A DNA stretch of 58,599 nucleotides from Vampirovibrionales bacterium (GTDB lineage: Bacteria > Cyanobacteriota > Vampirovibrionia > Vampirovibrionales > JAGQHJ01). Location: assembly GCA_025451145.1 (NCBI GenBank), contig JANWKX010000015.1:1-58599 (forward strand). Reading direction: 5' to 3'. Below are positions 46,243 through 54,996 of this stretch, piece by piece. The notes beneath the pieces were generated by a model, which was not told the origin of the DNA, searched no databases, and worked only from the letters and a program-made list of their open reading frames with translations. Made by a program: the position numbers and the translations under genes. The stretch's first letter is position 1; each line of letters opens with the position of its first letter.

Positions 46243-46272
46243 GGCATATGCTATGAAGGCATATGCTATGAA
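46243..46272. repeat. perfect 15-bp tandem duplication (GGCATATGCTATGAA x2) in a divergent intergenic region
   Basis: Read directly from the sequence: 46243-46257 is identical to 46258-46272. Each unit contains the 8-bp palindrome GCATATGC. Confidence 0.9.
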
Positions 46273-46319
46273 TAAGGGGCTGTCTGAATGACTGACATAA
46301 CTCAAGGACTGGAGTATCG

Positions 46320-46766
46320 ATGATTTCCCTCTCAGGATCCCAAAAGATTTATTTTTGGATTTGCTTTTCCTTGATTCTGGTCGTTTTTTCAGGTTGCTTT
46401 TCCTTGCCACAAAAGCCACTCCTGAAGGTCCATGAATCTCCATGGGCCCTGATTGAGTTAACCTCATCGGATTGCCATGATTGCCAGCATATTCATGAAG
46501 TGGTTCAGGATTTAAAGACCAAGTACACTGGGCAATTGATGACCCTGACCTTGGATTTGTCCTCAAAAGCCTCTCGGCTTGAGAGCATTCATCAGGCAAA
46601 ATCACTCAACGGACAGGAATTTGTGATCAAAAATCAAGAGTCTCCGGGAATGGTCGCGCTCTTGAATCGCCAAGACGGGTATGTGAAATTTCTGTTTGAG
46701 CATCAAGCCGACAAAGCCGAGTATTTCAAACAAATTGATCAGGTCCTCAGCCCCTTTAAAGGGTGA
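46320..46766 (+). CDS. thioredoxin-fold lipoprotein (CxxC)
   Basis: 148 aa with a lipobox 'VVFSGC' after a hydrophobic signal. 'ELTSSDCHDCQHI' is a CxxC motif in a thioredoxin-like context. I preferred it over the overlapping antisense 156-aa ORF. Confidence 0.6.
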   Translation: MISLSGSQKIYFWICFSLILVVFSGCFSLPQKPLLKVHESPWALIELTSSDCHDCQHIHEVVQDLKTKYTGQLMTLTLDLSSKASRLESIHQAKSLNGQEFVIKNQESPGMVALLNRQDGYVKFLFEHQADKAEYFKQIDQVLSPFKG

Positions 46767-47565
46767 TCTGTAAGGCCTCGTTAAAACATTGTCTCAGAGC
46801 CATATGGGTGACCATCACCGATGTGAGCGTGCTGGCGCAGGTAATCATGAACATCACAATAATTTGATAGGTAATGGCGGATAAGGGCGATTGACCTGCC
46901 AGAATCTGGCCAGTCATCATGCCGGGTAGGGAGACAATTCCGACCACCATCATGGCGTTGATGTTGGGGATTAGGGCGGCAGAAATGGCTGATTTTAAGG
47001 CATTTTCAGCCGCTTGTGAGCCATTGGCGCCTAAAGATAACAGGGTCTCAATTTGGGGCTTCTGAAGACGGACTTCGTTGAAGAAGCGGTCTAGCGCCAG
47101 ACTGGCACTGTTCATACTATTGCCGATAATCATCCCGGCCAAGGGGATGAGAAATTGGGGGTGATACCACGGGTGAATGTGAAGAATCACTTCATTGACC
47201 CACAGGATGGTGATACCTGCGCCAATGAGTAAGGCCACTGCAACATGGCTGTAAGGTGTTTTGAAACGATGGTTTCCCAGTCGTTGTCGTGCCGTATGGG
47301 AGGCCACCAGTATCATGACCAGAATGTAACCCAACACCCAGTACCAGTGCTGGGTATTAAAAATGGCCTGAAGAACCGCCCCAACCAAAAACAGTTGCCC
47401 CATGGTTCTTGCGGCGCCAATGATTAATTCTTTGGTTAACGGAAGCTTGTTCCAACGGGTCAGCCCGATGGTCAAGGCAATTAAAACCAGTCCCAGGCAT
47501 AATCCCATAAAACTGATTGGCTGTAAGATGGTGTTATTCACGGGGTATTCCAGCCTGAGGTTCAA
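46756..47565 (-). CDS. fetB: ABC exporter permease, FetB/YbbM (UPF0014) family
   Basis: 269 aa and polytopic, with 'GAARTMGQLFLVGAVL' typical of the family. It is paired with an upstream ATPase and overlaps it by 32 nt. Confidence 0.75.
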   Translation of the reverse strand: MNLRLEYPVNNTILQPISFMGLCLGLVLIALTIGLTRWNKLPLTKELIIGAARTMGQLFLVGAVLQAIFNTQHWYWVLGYILVMILVASHTARQRLGNHRFKTPYSHVAVALLIGAGITILWVNEVILHIHPWYHPQFLIPLAGMIIGNSMNSASLALDRFFNEVRLQKPQIETLLSLGANGSQAAENALKSAISAALIPNINAMMVVGIVSLPGMMTGQILAGQSPLSAITYQIIVMFMITCASTLTSVMVTHMALRQCFNEALQITL

Positions 47566-48235
47566 GAATGGGGCGATCTTCTAAAAGCGTGCCCTCTGAG
47601 AGTTGCAATTGCCGGGTTCCAATGGCCTCGCCATGGGGTGCTTGATGGGTAACCATCAAAATCGTGATGCCTATTTCTTGATGAAGGCCTTTGAGGGTAT
47701 TGAGAAGCACTTGAGACGATTGAGGATCCAAGGCACTGGTGGGCTCATCCAATAGAAGAATCTCCGGCTGATTGAGTAAGGCCCGTGCAATGGCCAGACG
47801 TTGCTTTTCACCCAGTGATAAACTGGCCGCCTCCTGAAAAAGCATGGCATGAGGCAGCCCAACCGATTCCAGTTTCTGTTGATAAATGGGCTCAGGTTGA
47901 ATGGCCCGGTGATTGATTTGATCCACCAATTGGAAGTTTTCTTGAACCGTGCCTGAAAAAACAATGGGGGTTTGAAACACCAACGCAATCTGTCGCCTCA
48001 AGGGTTCTGGCGAATAGTGCCGGAGGTTTCGATTCTGAAACTGAATGTCTCCTGAGGTAGGTGACTCGAATCGGGCAATGAGCCTGAGCAAAGTGCTCTT
48101 TCCGGCTCCCGAGGGGCCAGAAATGATCAGGACCTCCCCAGGGTATACCGAGAACGAGACGTGATTGATAAGGCGCTTGTCGCCTTTTTGTAAGGAGAGA
48201 TCGAATAACTGCAAGAGAGGGGATGGGGGTTTCAT
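47534..48235 (-). CDS. fetA: ABC transporter ATP-binding protein, FetA/YbbL-like
   Basis: Walker A 'GPSGAGKSTLL', signature 'LSLGEKQRLAIA', Walker B 'ILLLDEPTSALD' and H-loop 'VTHQ'. I chose the ATG at 48235, because the longer ORF runs into the tRNA promoter. Confidence 0.85.
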   Translation of the reverse strand: MKPPSPLLQLFDLSLQKGDKRLINHVSFSVYPGEVLIISGPSGAGKSTLLRLIARFESPTSGDIQFQNRNLRHYSPEPLRRQIALVFQTPIVFSGTVQENFQLVDQINHRAIQPEPIYQQKLESVGLPHAMLFQEAASLSLGEKQRLAIARALLNQPEILLLDEPTSALDPQSSQVLLNTLKGLHQEIGITILMVTHQAPHGEAIGTRQLQLSEGTLLEDRPILEPQAGIPRE

Positions 48236-48293
48236 GCCATGATTATACGTCTTTGCTTGCAAAAGGGGATGGATTCGGGATGAGCGCAGTGTT

Positions 48294-48321
48294 TTGACGG
48301 AACGGGTTGAGGACCTATAAT
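48294..48321 (+). promoter_or_regulatory. sigma70-like promoter of tRNA-Thr (TTGACG-16 nt-TATAAT)
   Basis: -35 TTGACG at 48294-48299 and a perfect -10 TATAAT at 48316-48321. This lies about 15 nt upstream of the mature tRNA 5' end. Confidence 0.6.
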
Positions 48322-48335
48322 GAAACAAAAAACGT

Positions 48336-48411
<76 letters not shown>

Positions 48412-48496
48412 GATTTGACAAGGGTTTCATAACAATATCAAAAAATATTCTTGAGGCGGGTTTATTCAAACATCTCGTGTAACCTAGGAATCACGT

Positions 48497-49336
48497 ATGT
48501 TTGTTCCCTTAAATCGGATTGGCCTTAGACCGTCTACGCATGGGCTTGTTAGACAAAATGGCGCAGAGCGTGGATTAGTAAACGCTTATCAATCAGCTCT
48601 TTTCTTTGGGAATGCTTCAACAAGGCCCACTAAACAAGAGATTTTATTCAAATTTCCAACTGCGGAACAGGCAAATTTGTCTGTCGCAACCATTAAAGTG
48701 AAGGGCTTTCAAGGAACTGGATTTTTTTATCAACCCAAAGGGAAAGAAGGGCCCTATTTAATCTCCAATGCTCATGTGGTTCAAGCTTTAGAAGACTCAA
48801 AACAAGATTTGGAATCCCCATTTGATGTTTATATCCGAGATCCTCGGGATGGCAAATCGCTGGTTCGACTTAAAGCACGGTTGGCAAAAAAGGATTTCGG
48901 ATATATTTTCTCAGGCTTAGATGCCTTTCATGACCGAGTGGTGATTCAAATCATCGATCCTATTCCATTTCCCATTACACCGCTTGAGTTTAGAGATTTA
49001 GAAACAAATCCTTTAAAGATTGGCGAGGAATTGTGCTTGCTCGGGCGCTCGCCATATAGAGGCTCCCAGTCCCTGGAAGATTCGGCATCAATGGGTGAAG
49101 TTTTAGAGGCGAATTGCCCACCTCCATGGAGTTTAGAAAGCCAATGGGGACGGGAAGCAAAATATTTTAGGTCAACAATAGAGATTTCTCCAGGGGATTC
49201 GGGAAGCCCAATCATCGATAAGGAGGGTAGAGTGGTTGCTTTACATGCCAGATCCGGAGGACATCATATTCGAATTGATGATGTTTATTCGAGCCTGAAG
49301 GTCATTCATTATGAGCCGGAATTGGGCACAAATTAA
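48497..49336 (+). CDS. trypsin-like (S1/S1C-type) serine peptidase, no evident signal peptide
   Basis: 279 aa with triad candidates His in 'LISNAHVV', Asp in 'FHDRVVIQI' and Ser in 'GDSGSPIID'. The N-terminus lacks a hydrophobic signal. Confidence 0.78.
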   Translation: MFVPLNRIGLRPSTHGLVRQNGAERGLVNAYQSALFFGNASTRPTKQEILFKFPTAEQANLSVATIKVKGFQGTGFFYQPKGKEGPYLISNAHVVQALEDSKQDLESPFDVYIRDPRDGKSLVRLKARLAKKDFGYIFSGLDAFHDRVVIQIIDPIPFPITPLEFRDLETNPLKIGEELCLLGRSPYRGSQSLEDSASMGEVLEANCPPPWSLESQWGREAKYFRSTIEISPGDSGSPIIDKEGRVVALHARSGGHHIRIDDVYSSLKVIHYEPELGTN

Positions 49337-49590
49337 TCCTAACGCCATACAGCATAGTGCCAGAGAGCATTAGGGCCTTTCATCAAGAAATCAATGGGGG
49401 GATACGAAAGCGATAATAATGGTTTGTTATCATTCTTAGATCGTCTATAGAGGCTTGTTTCTTTTGGAGGGCATGGGGTTTGACCTCAAGGGCCGTAACG
49501 CATCTTCATATTATCGTTGTCGAGCATGAGCCATGGTGATACAGTGTCATCTACACACGAGTCGAACAAAGGATAAAGAGTTAGCTTTAT

Positions 49591-50625
49591 ATGAAATTAG
49601 CTTGGTTGACAAAGCTACCCCCTGTTGGCGTGCCTTTGCGAGGGGATGGCTCCTCGACAATTCTGCCTGAATTTTTGCCAAAAACGCCACCTGCGTTTCA
49701 GACAGCCGTTATGCCAACGGCTGAGCCTAAAGGAAACTTTTTAACCCGGATTTTAGAGAAGTGGTCCTCTCGTTTAATGGGGCGATTTGCACCGCAAGAT
49801 GAGTTAATATCCACTGGACACCAGCCTTTTCTGTTGACCGAGCAAAAACGGCTTAAAGAACAAATTGAAACCTATGCGGAAAGCCCCTTTGAAACGTCTT
49901 TGTTCACCCTTCGTAAAAAGGCCAATGACTATGTCATTAGTAAGGCTTGGGCAGTAGGTATTAAAAGCCAAGATCCGGTTACTCGGGAAGCTGCTTTGGC
50001 ATTATTAAAAGCTTATTTGGCCTACACCGGGACCGATGACAGCACCCAGCTTTCGGCCCATACCCAAATGAAGCTGATGATTTTTTCACCACAGTTGTCC
50101 GAGGGTCCTTTGGGGAAAGCCATTTTATATGAAGCGCTTCTGAGCTTACCAGCGCATCAACTGATGGAATATTTGCCGGCGCTCAGTAAGGATTTTTCAT
50201 CCCTGCCACCGATTGCCCAAGCGTTGCTCCTGAAGCAATTGCTAGCCTATTGGAAGGGCAAGGATAAGAGCCTCTCAGAAGACGATAACAAAGCCATCAA
50301 GAAGCTTGTGAAGAGTCTGGTCATTGCTTTCTATTCCGGCCAGCAAGAAGGCCCCGATCCCGTTCTCAATCAACAAGAAAAAATCCGGTTGGGCTTTTTG
50401 AAAATCCAACCCATTGAAGATGCTTACCGCAAGGATTTGGAAGAGCTGGAACGGCGCTATCGCCTCAAGCTTCGGCAATTGAAGAAGCGACGCTCTCAAA
50501 AAATTGCAGAAGTTGAAGAAGAACGCCAACGGCGTATTGAGCTGGTCTATGATGCCGTAGAATCCAGCTTAATGACAGGCTTAAAAGAGTTTGACATTGA
50601 GATGGAAGAAGTCCTAGCTGTTTAG
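49591..50625 (+). CDS. hypothetical protein (helical-repeat-like body, charged coiled-coil C-terminus)
   Basis: 344-aa ORF with no recognised motif. The C-terminal 'LEELERRYRLKLRQLKKRRSQKIAEVEEERQRRIE' is coiled-coil-like. Confidence 0.55.
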   Translation: MKLAWLTKLPPVGVPLRGDGSSTILPEFLPKTPPAFQTAVMPTAEPKGNFLTRILEKWSSRLMGRFAPQDELISTGHQPFLLTEQKRLKEQIETYAESPFETSLFTLRKKANDYVISKAWAVGIKSQDPVTREAALALLKAYLAYTGTDDSTQLSAHTQMKLMIFSPQLSEGPLGKAILYEALLSLPAHQLMEYLPALSKDFSSLPPIAQALLLKQLLAYWKGKDKSLSEDDNKAIKKLVKSLVIAFYSGQQEGPDPVLNQQEKIRLGFLKIQPIEDAYRKDLEELERRYRLKLRQLKKRRSQKIAEVEEERQRRIELVYDAVESSLMTGLKEFDIEMEEVLAV

Positions 50626-50783
50626 ATTTTCCAAGGGCTTCCCCCGGTATTCTTCGCTTCCATTGACCCGAGATGTGATGCATGGCAAAATCGCCCTCTC
50701 TTGGGTTTTTTCTTTTGAAGACTTTATTGATAAGATAAAAGGCAATGACCTCATTGAATCGTGAAGAGTAAAGGAGATGTGTC

Positions 50784-52244
50784 GTGACAAACGACATTCG
50801 GGTTCGGCTTGCACCCAGTCCTACGGGAAATTTACATGTCGGGACTGCTCGAACAGCGTTATTTAATTATCTTTTTGCCAAGCACCATGGCGGAAAATTT
50901 ATTATCCGAGTGGAAGATACGGATTTAGAACGTTCTGAGGCCAGATACACCCAAAATATCTACGATGGCCTAAAGGCCTTGGGATTAGATTGGGATGAAG
51001 GCCCGGATATTGGCGGTCCATATGGACCTTACATGCAATCCGAACGGCTTTCACTCTACGTTGAATACGCTGAAAAACTGCTTCATGAGGGAAAAGCGTA
51101 TCATTGCTACTGCACGGTTGAGGAGCTGGAAGCGGAGAAACAGCAAGCCATTGAAGCGAAAAAGCCCTATATCTACTCCAGAAGATGTTTAAACCCGGAC
51201 GTAGCCCATCAGTTGAGCCAGGATCCTAATCGAAAGCCTGTCATTCGCTTTCGAATCCCGGATGAGCCTAAAACCATTGTCCTTGAAGATCTGGTTCGAG
51301 GGAGCGTCCAGTTTGAAGCAGCCTTGATTGGCGATTTCGTCTTGCTGAAGTCCAACCGGATTGCCAGCTATAACTTTGCGGTGGTGGTGGATGATATCAC
51401 CATGAAGATTAGCCATGTCATTCGCGGCGAAGATCATGTCCCCAATACGCCGAAGCAAATCTTGCTTTACCAGGCTTTGGGCGCTGAAATGCCGATTTTT
51501 GCTCATGTGGGGATGATTTTAGCGCCTGATCGCAGCAAGCTCTCCAAACGCCATGGGGCCACAGCTGTTGCGGACTTTATGAAAAACGGCTATTTGCCTG
51601 AAGCCTTCAGTAACTTTCTGACTCTTCTAGGGTGGTCTTCTCCAGATGGCGAGGAAATTGGGACGTTAACCCAATTTGCCAAGGTGTTTACCCTGAGCCG
51701 GGTGGCTTCAAGCCCTGCCATTTTTGATCAGGAAAAATTAAATTGGTTGAATGGATACTATATTCGTCACCTCGATTTGCCCTCCCTCTTGGAGCGTTCC
51801 AAGCCCTTTTTACACCACTATCCTCTGGACGAATACCCGGCAGAAAAGCTCTTTTCAATACTGGATGCCGTTCGAGAACCTTTAACCACGTTGGCAGAGT
51901 TACCCGATGCGGTTTCCTACTTTTTTGGGGATCTCCCCAGTTATACTTCAGAGATTTTGAATGAGGTTTTGGCCCTTGAAGAGACACAGCAAGTGCTTAA
52001 GGTCTTTCAATCGCAGGTACTTCCAGAAATGCGCTTTGAAAGCCCAGAGCAAATTTCCGTTGAAATCAAGGCCTTTGCCAATACGTTAAAACCCATGAAA
52101 ATGAAAACCATTATGTGGGCCATTCGTGCAGCCACCACCGGCCGGGTTCATGGGGCAGATTTAGGGAAGACCCAGCATATTCTTGGACCGGAGCGGGTTA
52201 GGCTCAGGGTCGCTGAGGCCTTACAGCTGATGGCCTGCAAATAG
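50784..52244 (+). CDS. gltX: glutamate--tRNA ligase
   Basis: 486 aa with a GTG start. Class I motifs 'PSPTGNLHVGTAR' (HIGH-like) and 'KLSKRHG' (KMSKS). Confidence 0.93.
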   Translation: MTNDIRVRLAPSPTGNLHVGTARTALFNYLFAKHHGGKFIIRVEDTDLERSEARYTQNIYDGLKALGLDWDEGPDIGGPYGPYMQSERLSLYVEYAEKLLHEGKAYHCYCTVEELEAEKQQAIEAKKPYIYSRRCLNPDVAHQLSQDPNRKPVIRFRIPDEPKTIVLEDLVRGSVQFEAALIGDFVLLKSNRIASYNFAVVVDDITMKISHVIRGEDHVPNTPKQILLYQALGAEMPIFAHVGMILAPDRSKLSKRHGATAVADFMKNGYLPEAFSNFLTLLGWSSPDGEEIGTLTQFAKVFTLSRVASSPAIFDQEKLNWLNGYYIRHLDLPSLLERSKPFLHHYPLDEYPAEKLFSILDAVREPLTTLAELPDAVSYFFGDLPSYTSEILNEVLALEETQQVLKVFQSQVLPEMRFESPEQISVEIKAFANTLKPMKMKTIMWAIRAATTGRVHGADLGKTQHILGPERVRLRVAEALQLMACK

Positions 52245-52257
52245 GTTTAATTGTGGG

Positions 52258-52527
52258 CTATTCAAATTCAAATTGAAAGGGAATCCCGAAAAGCGTTTGT
52301 CCCATGAGCTTTTCATGCATATCGCTCTTGGGAGGAAGTTTAAAATAGAAAGCTTTTTGACCCGTGATCGGATCGGATTGCAAGCAAACGGCTTTTGCCA
52401 AGCCGGTTTGATGAACAAAAATATCGGCCAGTTTCACACAAAGCTCATGCTCAGAAAGCGGCATTTTGCCTGCATTCCATTTTCCTGCAGGCATCCGTCC
52501 CCATCCCATCGGATTGGATTGTGACAT
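52258..52527 (-). CDS. hypothetical small protein
   Basis: 89-aa ORF whose ATG is preceded by AAGGAG at 7 nt. No motif recognised. It is convergent with gltX and divergent from the rimP promoter. Confidence 0.6.
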   Translation of the reverse strand: MSQSNPMGWGRMPAGKWNAGKMPLSEHELCVKLADIFVHQTGLAKAVCLQSDPITGQKAFYFKLPPKSDMHEKLMGQTLFGIPFQFEFE

Positions 52528-52680
52528 TGCAGCTCTCCTTGCAAAGGTCCTGTCCTTTAATCACTTTACACGATGTTCAATGGTTTTGAAAGAAGCGTTT
52601 GTTGAAAAATCCTTTATTGAGAGGAGAAGGTTACTTTCAAAAGGTCAAATGAATCCCGGTAATTCTGTTTGTGTTGTCCA

Positions 52681-52709
52681 TTGTCATCCCATAGTGGGGG
52701 TGATATAAT
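52681..52709 (+). promoter_or_regulatory. strong sigma70-like promoter of the rimP-nusA-infB operon (TTGTCA-17 nt-TGaTATAAT)
   Basis: -35 TTGTCA at 52681-52686, a 17-nt spacer, an extended -10 TG at 52701-52702 and a perfect TATAAT at 52704-52709. Confidence 0.65.
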
Positions 52710-52736
52710 CCAGTAGCTTCTAACTAAGAGACTAGG

Positions 52737-52764
52737 AGTGGGTGCACATTGGACCCACTTTTTT
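52737..52764 (+). terminator. intrinsic terminator/attenuator hairpin in the rimP-nusA leader
   Basis: A 7-bp stem AGTGGGT / ACCCACT with a 9-nt loop is followed by TTTTTT. It starts about 20 nt downstream of the predicted TSS and ends 47 nt upstream of the rimP ATG. Confidence 0.6.
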
Positions 52765-52811
52765 AATGACAACGGCGATGTCCATCGTGATGTGAAAAAT
52801 GGACGTGAGAA

Positions 52812-53387
52812 ATGAAAGAGAAAAAGCGCTACCGAACCCCCAAATTGACCCCTGATCAAATTCAGGGCATTCAGAATCAGGTGTATGAGCTGGCTGAAAT
52901 TATCGTGTCCGCCAACTATTTTGTGGTGGATGTGGTGATGGAGATAGAAAACGGGCGCTGGTACCTTCGTCTCTATTTGGACCATCCCAATCCTGCGGTT
53001 CGAGTGACTTTGGAAGACTGTACAGATATCAGCGAGGCCTTGAGCCCGATGCTCGATGAAAATATCAAGGACCTTGAAGATTTTCCCTATGCCTTTGAAG
53101 TCAGCTCACCTGGGCTGTTCCGAAAACTGAATAAGCCACGGGAGTTTCAGTTCTATCGAGGACGTCGTATCGAAATAACTCCTAAAGGGGAAAAATCCTT
53201 TATCGCCTATCTTCACGCCTTTGAGACGGAATCCCGCAACCTGATTTATCGACTGACCCTTGATGAGGCGAGCGAAACGCATCAGCTGGCCTGGGATGAG
53301 AAAAAATTTGCCATTGCGCTGGCGCCTGATTTGACAGAAAAAATTGAAATACAAACGGTCCCAAGGAGGATAAACCGCTATGATTAA
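52812..53387 (+). CDS. rimP: ribosome maturation factor RimP
   Basis: 191 aa with 'LRLYLDHP...V.LEDC..ISEALSPMLD' and 'LEVSSPGL.R.L' patterns ('FEVSSPGLFRKL'). It lies directly upstream of nusA and overlaps it. Confidence 0.9.
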   Translation: MKEKKRYRTPKLTPDQIQGIQNQVYELAEIIVSANYFVVDVVMEIENGRWYLRLYLDHPNPAVRVTLEDCTDISEALSPMLDENIKDLEDFPYAFEVSSPGLFRKLNKPREFQFYRGRRIEITPKGEKSFIAYLHAFETESRNLIYRLTLDEASETHQLAWDEKKFAIALAPDLTEKIEIQTVPRRINRYD

Positions 53388-54573
53388 GCTAGGTACACAA
53401 TTGCAAGAAGCTGCAGAGCAGTTGGAACGTGAAAAAGGCGTTCCCCGGGCGGTTTTTATTGATTCCATCAAGGAAGCCATGATGGCGGCCTATAAGCGTT
53501 ATGCGCATATACAAGAACTTGAGGATCCAACGCTCTTTGAAACACGCTTGTATGAAAAAAGCGGTGAATTGGGTGTTTTTAAACGCAAAACAGTCGTTGA
53601 ATCCGTTTCCGACGAAGAGACTCAAATCAATCTTCATGATGCCCTGGAGATTGATGCTCAGGCCAAAGCCGGGGACGAAGTTTATGTGGATATTACACCC
53701 ACTGACTTTGGTCGTATTGCAGCCCAGTCTGCCAAGCAGGTGATGACCCAGCGCTTACGAGAAGCGGAAAAGCGGTTGGTCTACCAAGAATTCGAAGAGC
53801 GTAAACATACCGTTACTCCGGGGATTATCCAACGGGTAGAAGGCCGTAACGTTATCGTGAGTATTGGGCGAATCGAGGCCCTGATGCCGGTCCGGGAACA
53901 AGTCCCGGGTGAGTATTATCGCGTTGGTAATAAAATCAGGGTGTTTGTTTCAGACTTAAGAGACAATGGGCGCGTGCCTCAGATTATTGTGTCTCAAGCC
54001 CACCCGGAAATGGTTCGGGAGGTATTTGAGCTGGAAGTTCCTGAGATTGAAGACGGGTTGGTTGAAATCAAGAATATTGCCCGGGAAGCTGGGTTTCGGA
54101 CGAAAGTTGCGGTCTCCTCTTCCAGTTCCGATGTGGATCCGCAAGGCGCATGTATCGGTGCCAGAGGGAGTCGGATTCAGGCCATTGTCAATGAATTGAA
54201 AAATGAAAAAATTGATATTATTCGCTGGTCTGAGGATCCGGCTCAGTTTATCACCAATGCCTTGGCTCCTGCGAAGATTATGTCGGTTAATATTCTGAAT
54301 CCCGATCCCCAAAGCCAGATGGCCCAAGTGGTTGTGCCGGATGATCAACTTAGCCTGGCCATTGGCCGGGAAGGACAAAATGTTCGATTGGCGGCTAAGC
54401 TCACAGGCTGGAAATTGGATATTAAAAGTATTAGCCAAATTCAGAGCCAGATGGGGCATGAACCAGAGGCAGGCGTTTTTCAGGGGCCTCAACCTGTGGC
54501 GGCAGAGCCAAGCTTGGATACCAGTGCGTTGAATGAAGAGCTTGATCTGGCCGAAGAATATCATCCATCATAG
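53380..54573 (+). CDS. nusA: transcription termination/antitermination factor NusA
   Basis: 397 aa with an N-terminal RNAP-binding domain, an S1 domain ('TPGIIQRVEGRNVIVSIG') and two KH domains ('DPQGACIGARGSRIQ', 'AIGREGQNVRLAAKLTGWKLDI'). Confidence 0.93.
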   Translation: MIKLGTQLQEAAEQLEREKGVPRAVFIDSIKEAMMAAYKRYAHIQELEDPTLFETRLYEKSGELGVFKRKTVVESVSDEETQINLHDALEIDAQAKAGDEVYVDITPTDFGRIAAQSAKQVMTQRLREAEKRLVYQEFEERKHTVTPGIIQRVEGRNVIVSIGRIEALMPVREQVPGEYYRVGNKIRVFVSDLRDNGRVPQIIVSQAHPEMVREVFELEVPEIEDGLVEIKNIAREAGFRTKVAVSSSSSDVDPQGACIGARGSRIQAIVNELKNEKIDIIRWSEDPAQFITNALAPAKIMSVNILNPDPQSQMAQVVVPDDQLSLAIGREGQNVRLAAKLTGWKLDIKSISQIQSQMGHEPEAGVFQGPQPVAAEPSLDTSALNEELDLAEEYHPS

Positions 54574-54666
54574 GCCATCGTGATTGCCCCAAGTGGTGCT
54601 ATGGGGTTGTTTGGGATATGGTTGCAGTAGTATCTTATTTCCAAACGGCTTGATTGTATTTTGCTC

Positions 54667-54996
54667 ATGGTTCCAGAATCTCCTCAAGATCACCCCTCTC
54701 TGCACGATCAGGACACGTCTAGTCGGCCTGAACGCCGGTGCTTGGTTTGTCGCCAGCTTCGTTCTAGAGAGAAGCTACTTCGATTGCGCCATCATAAAAA
54801 GGCCCATCAAATCAAGCTATTTTGGCCCCACCAGTGTGAGCAATCCTTTTTTCTAGGGAGATCTGTATATATATGTCAGTCAAAAAGCTGTATTGAGGCT
54901 GCTCTTAAGGGAAAGCGTCTTCAGAAAGCATTGAAAACATCCATCCCTGATGATATATTTAAATACTTGAATGAGCTTTTGAAAGGACGTTTTTGA
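54667..54996 (+). CDS. ylxR: YlxR-family (DUF448) RNA-binding protein
   Basis: 'RRCLVCRQLRSREKLLRL' and 'GRSVYIC.S..C' motifs. It holds the conserved position between nusA and infB. Confidence 0.85.
   Translation: MVPESPQDHPSLHDQDTSSRPERRCLVCRQLRSREKLLRLRHHKKAHQIKLFWPHQCEQSFFLGRSVYICQSKSCIEAALKGKRLQKALKTSIPDDIFKYLNELLKGRF

Noticed and set aside
46135-46605. A 156-aa minus-strand ORF spanning the SIS/lipoprotein intergenic region.
   Set aside because: It overlaps the plus-strand ORF, which has a lipobox and a CxxC thioredoxin-like motif. Its own sequence is Ser/Lys/Pro-rich with no features. It would also run through the 15-bp tandem repeat and the promoter region.
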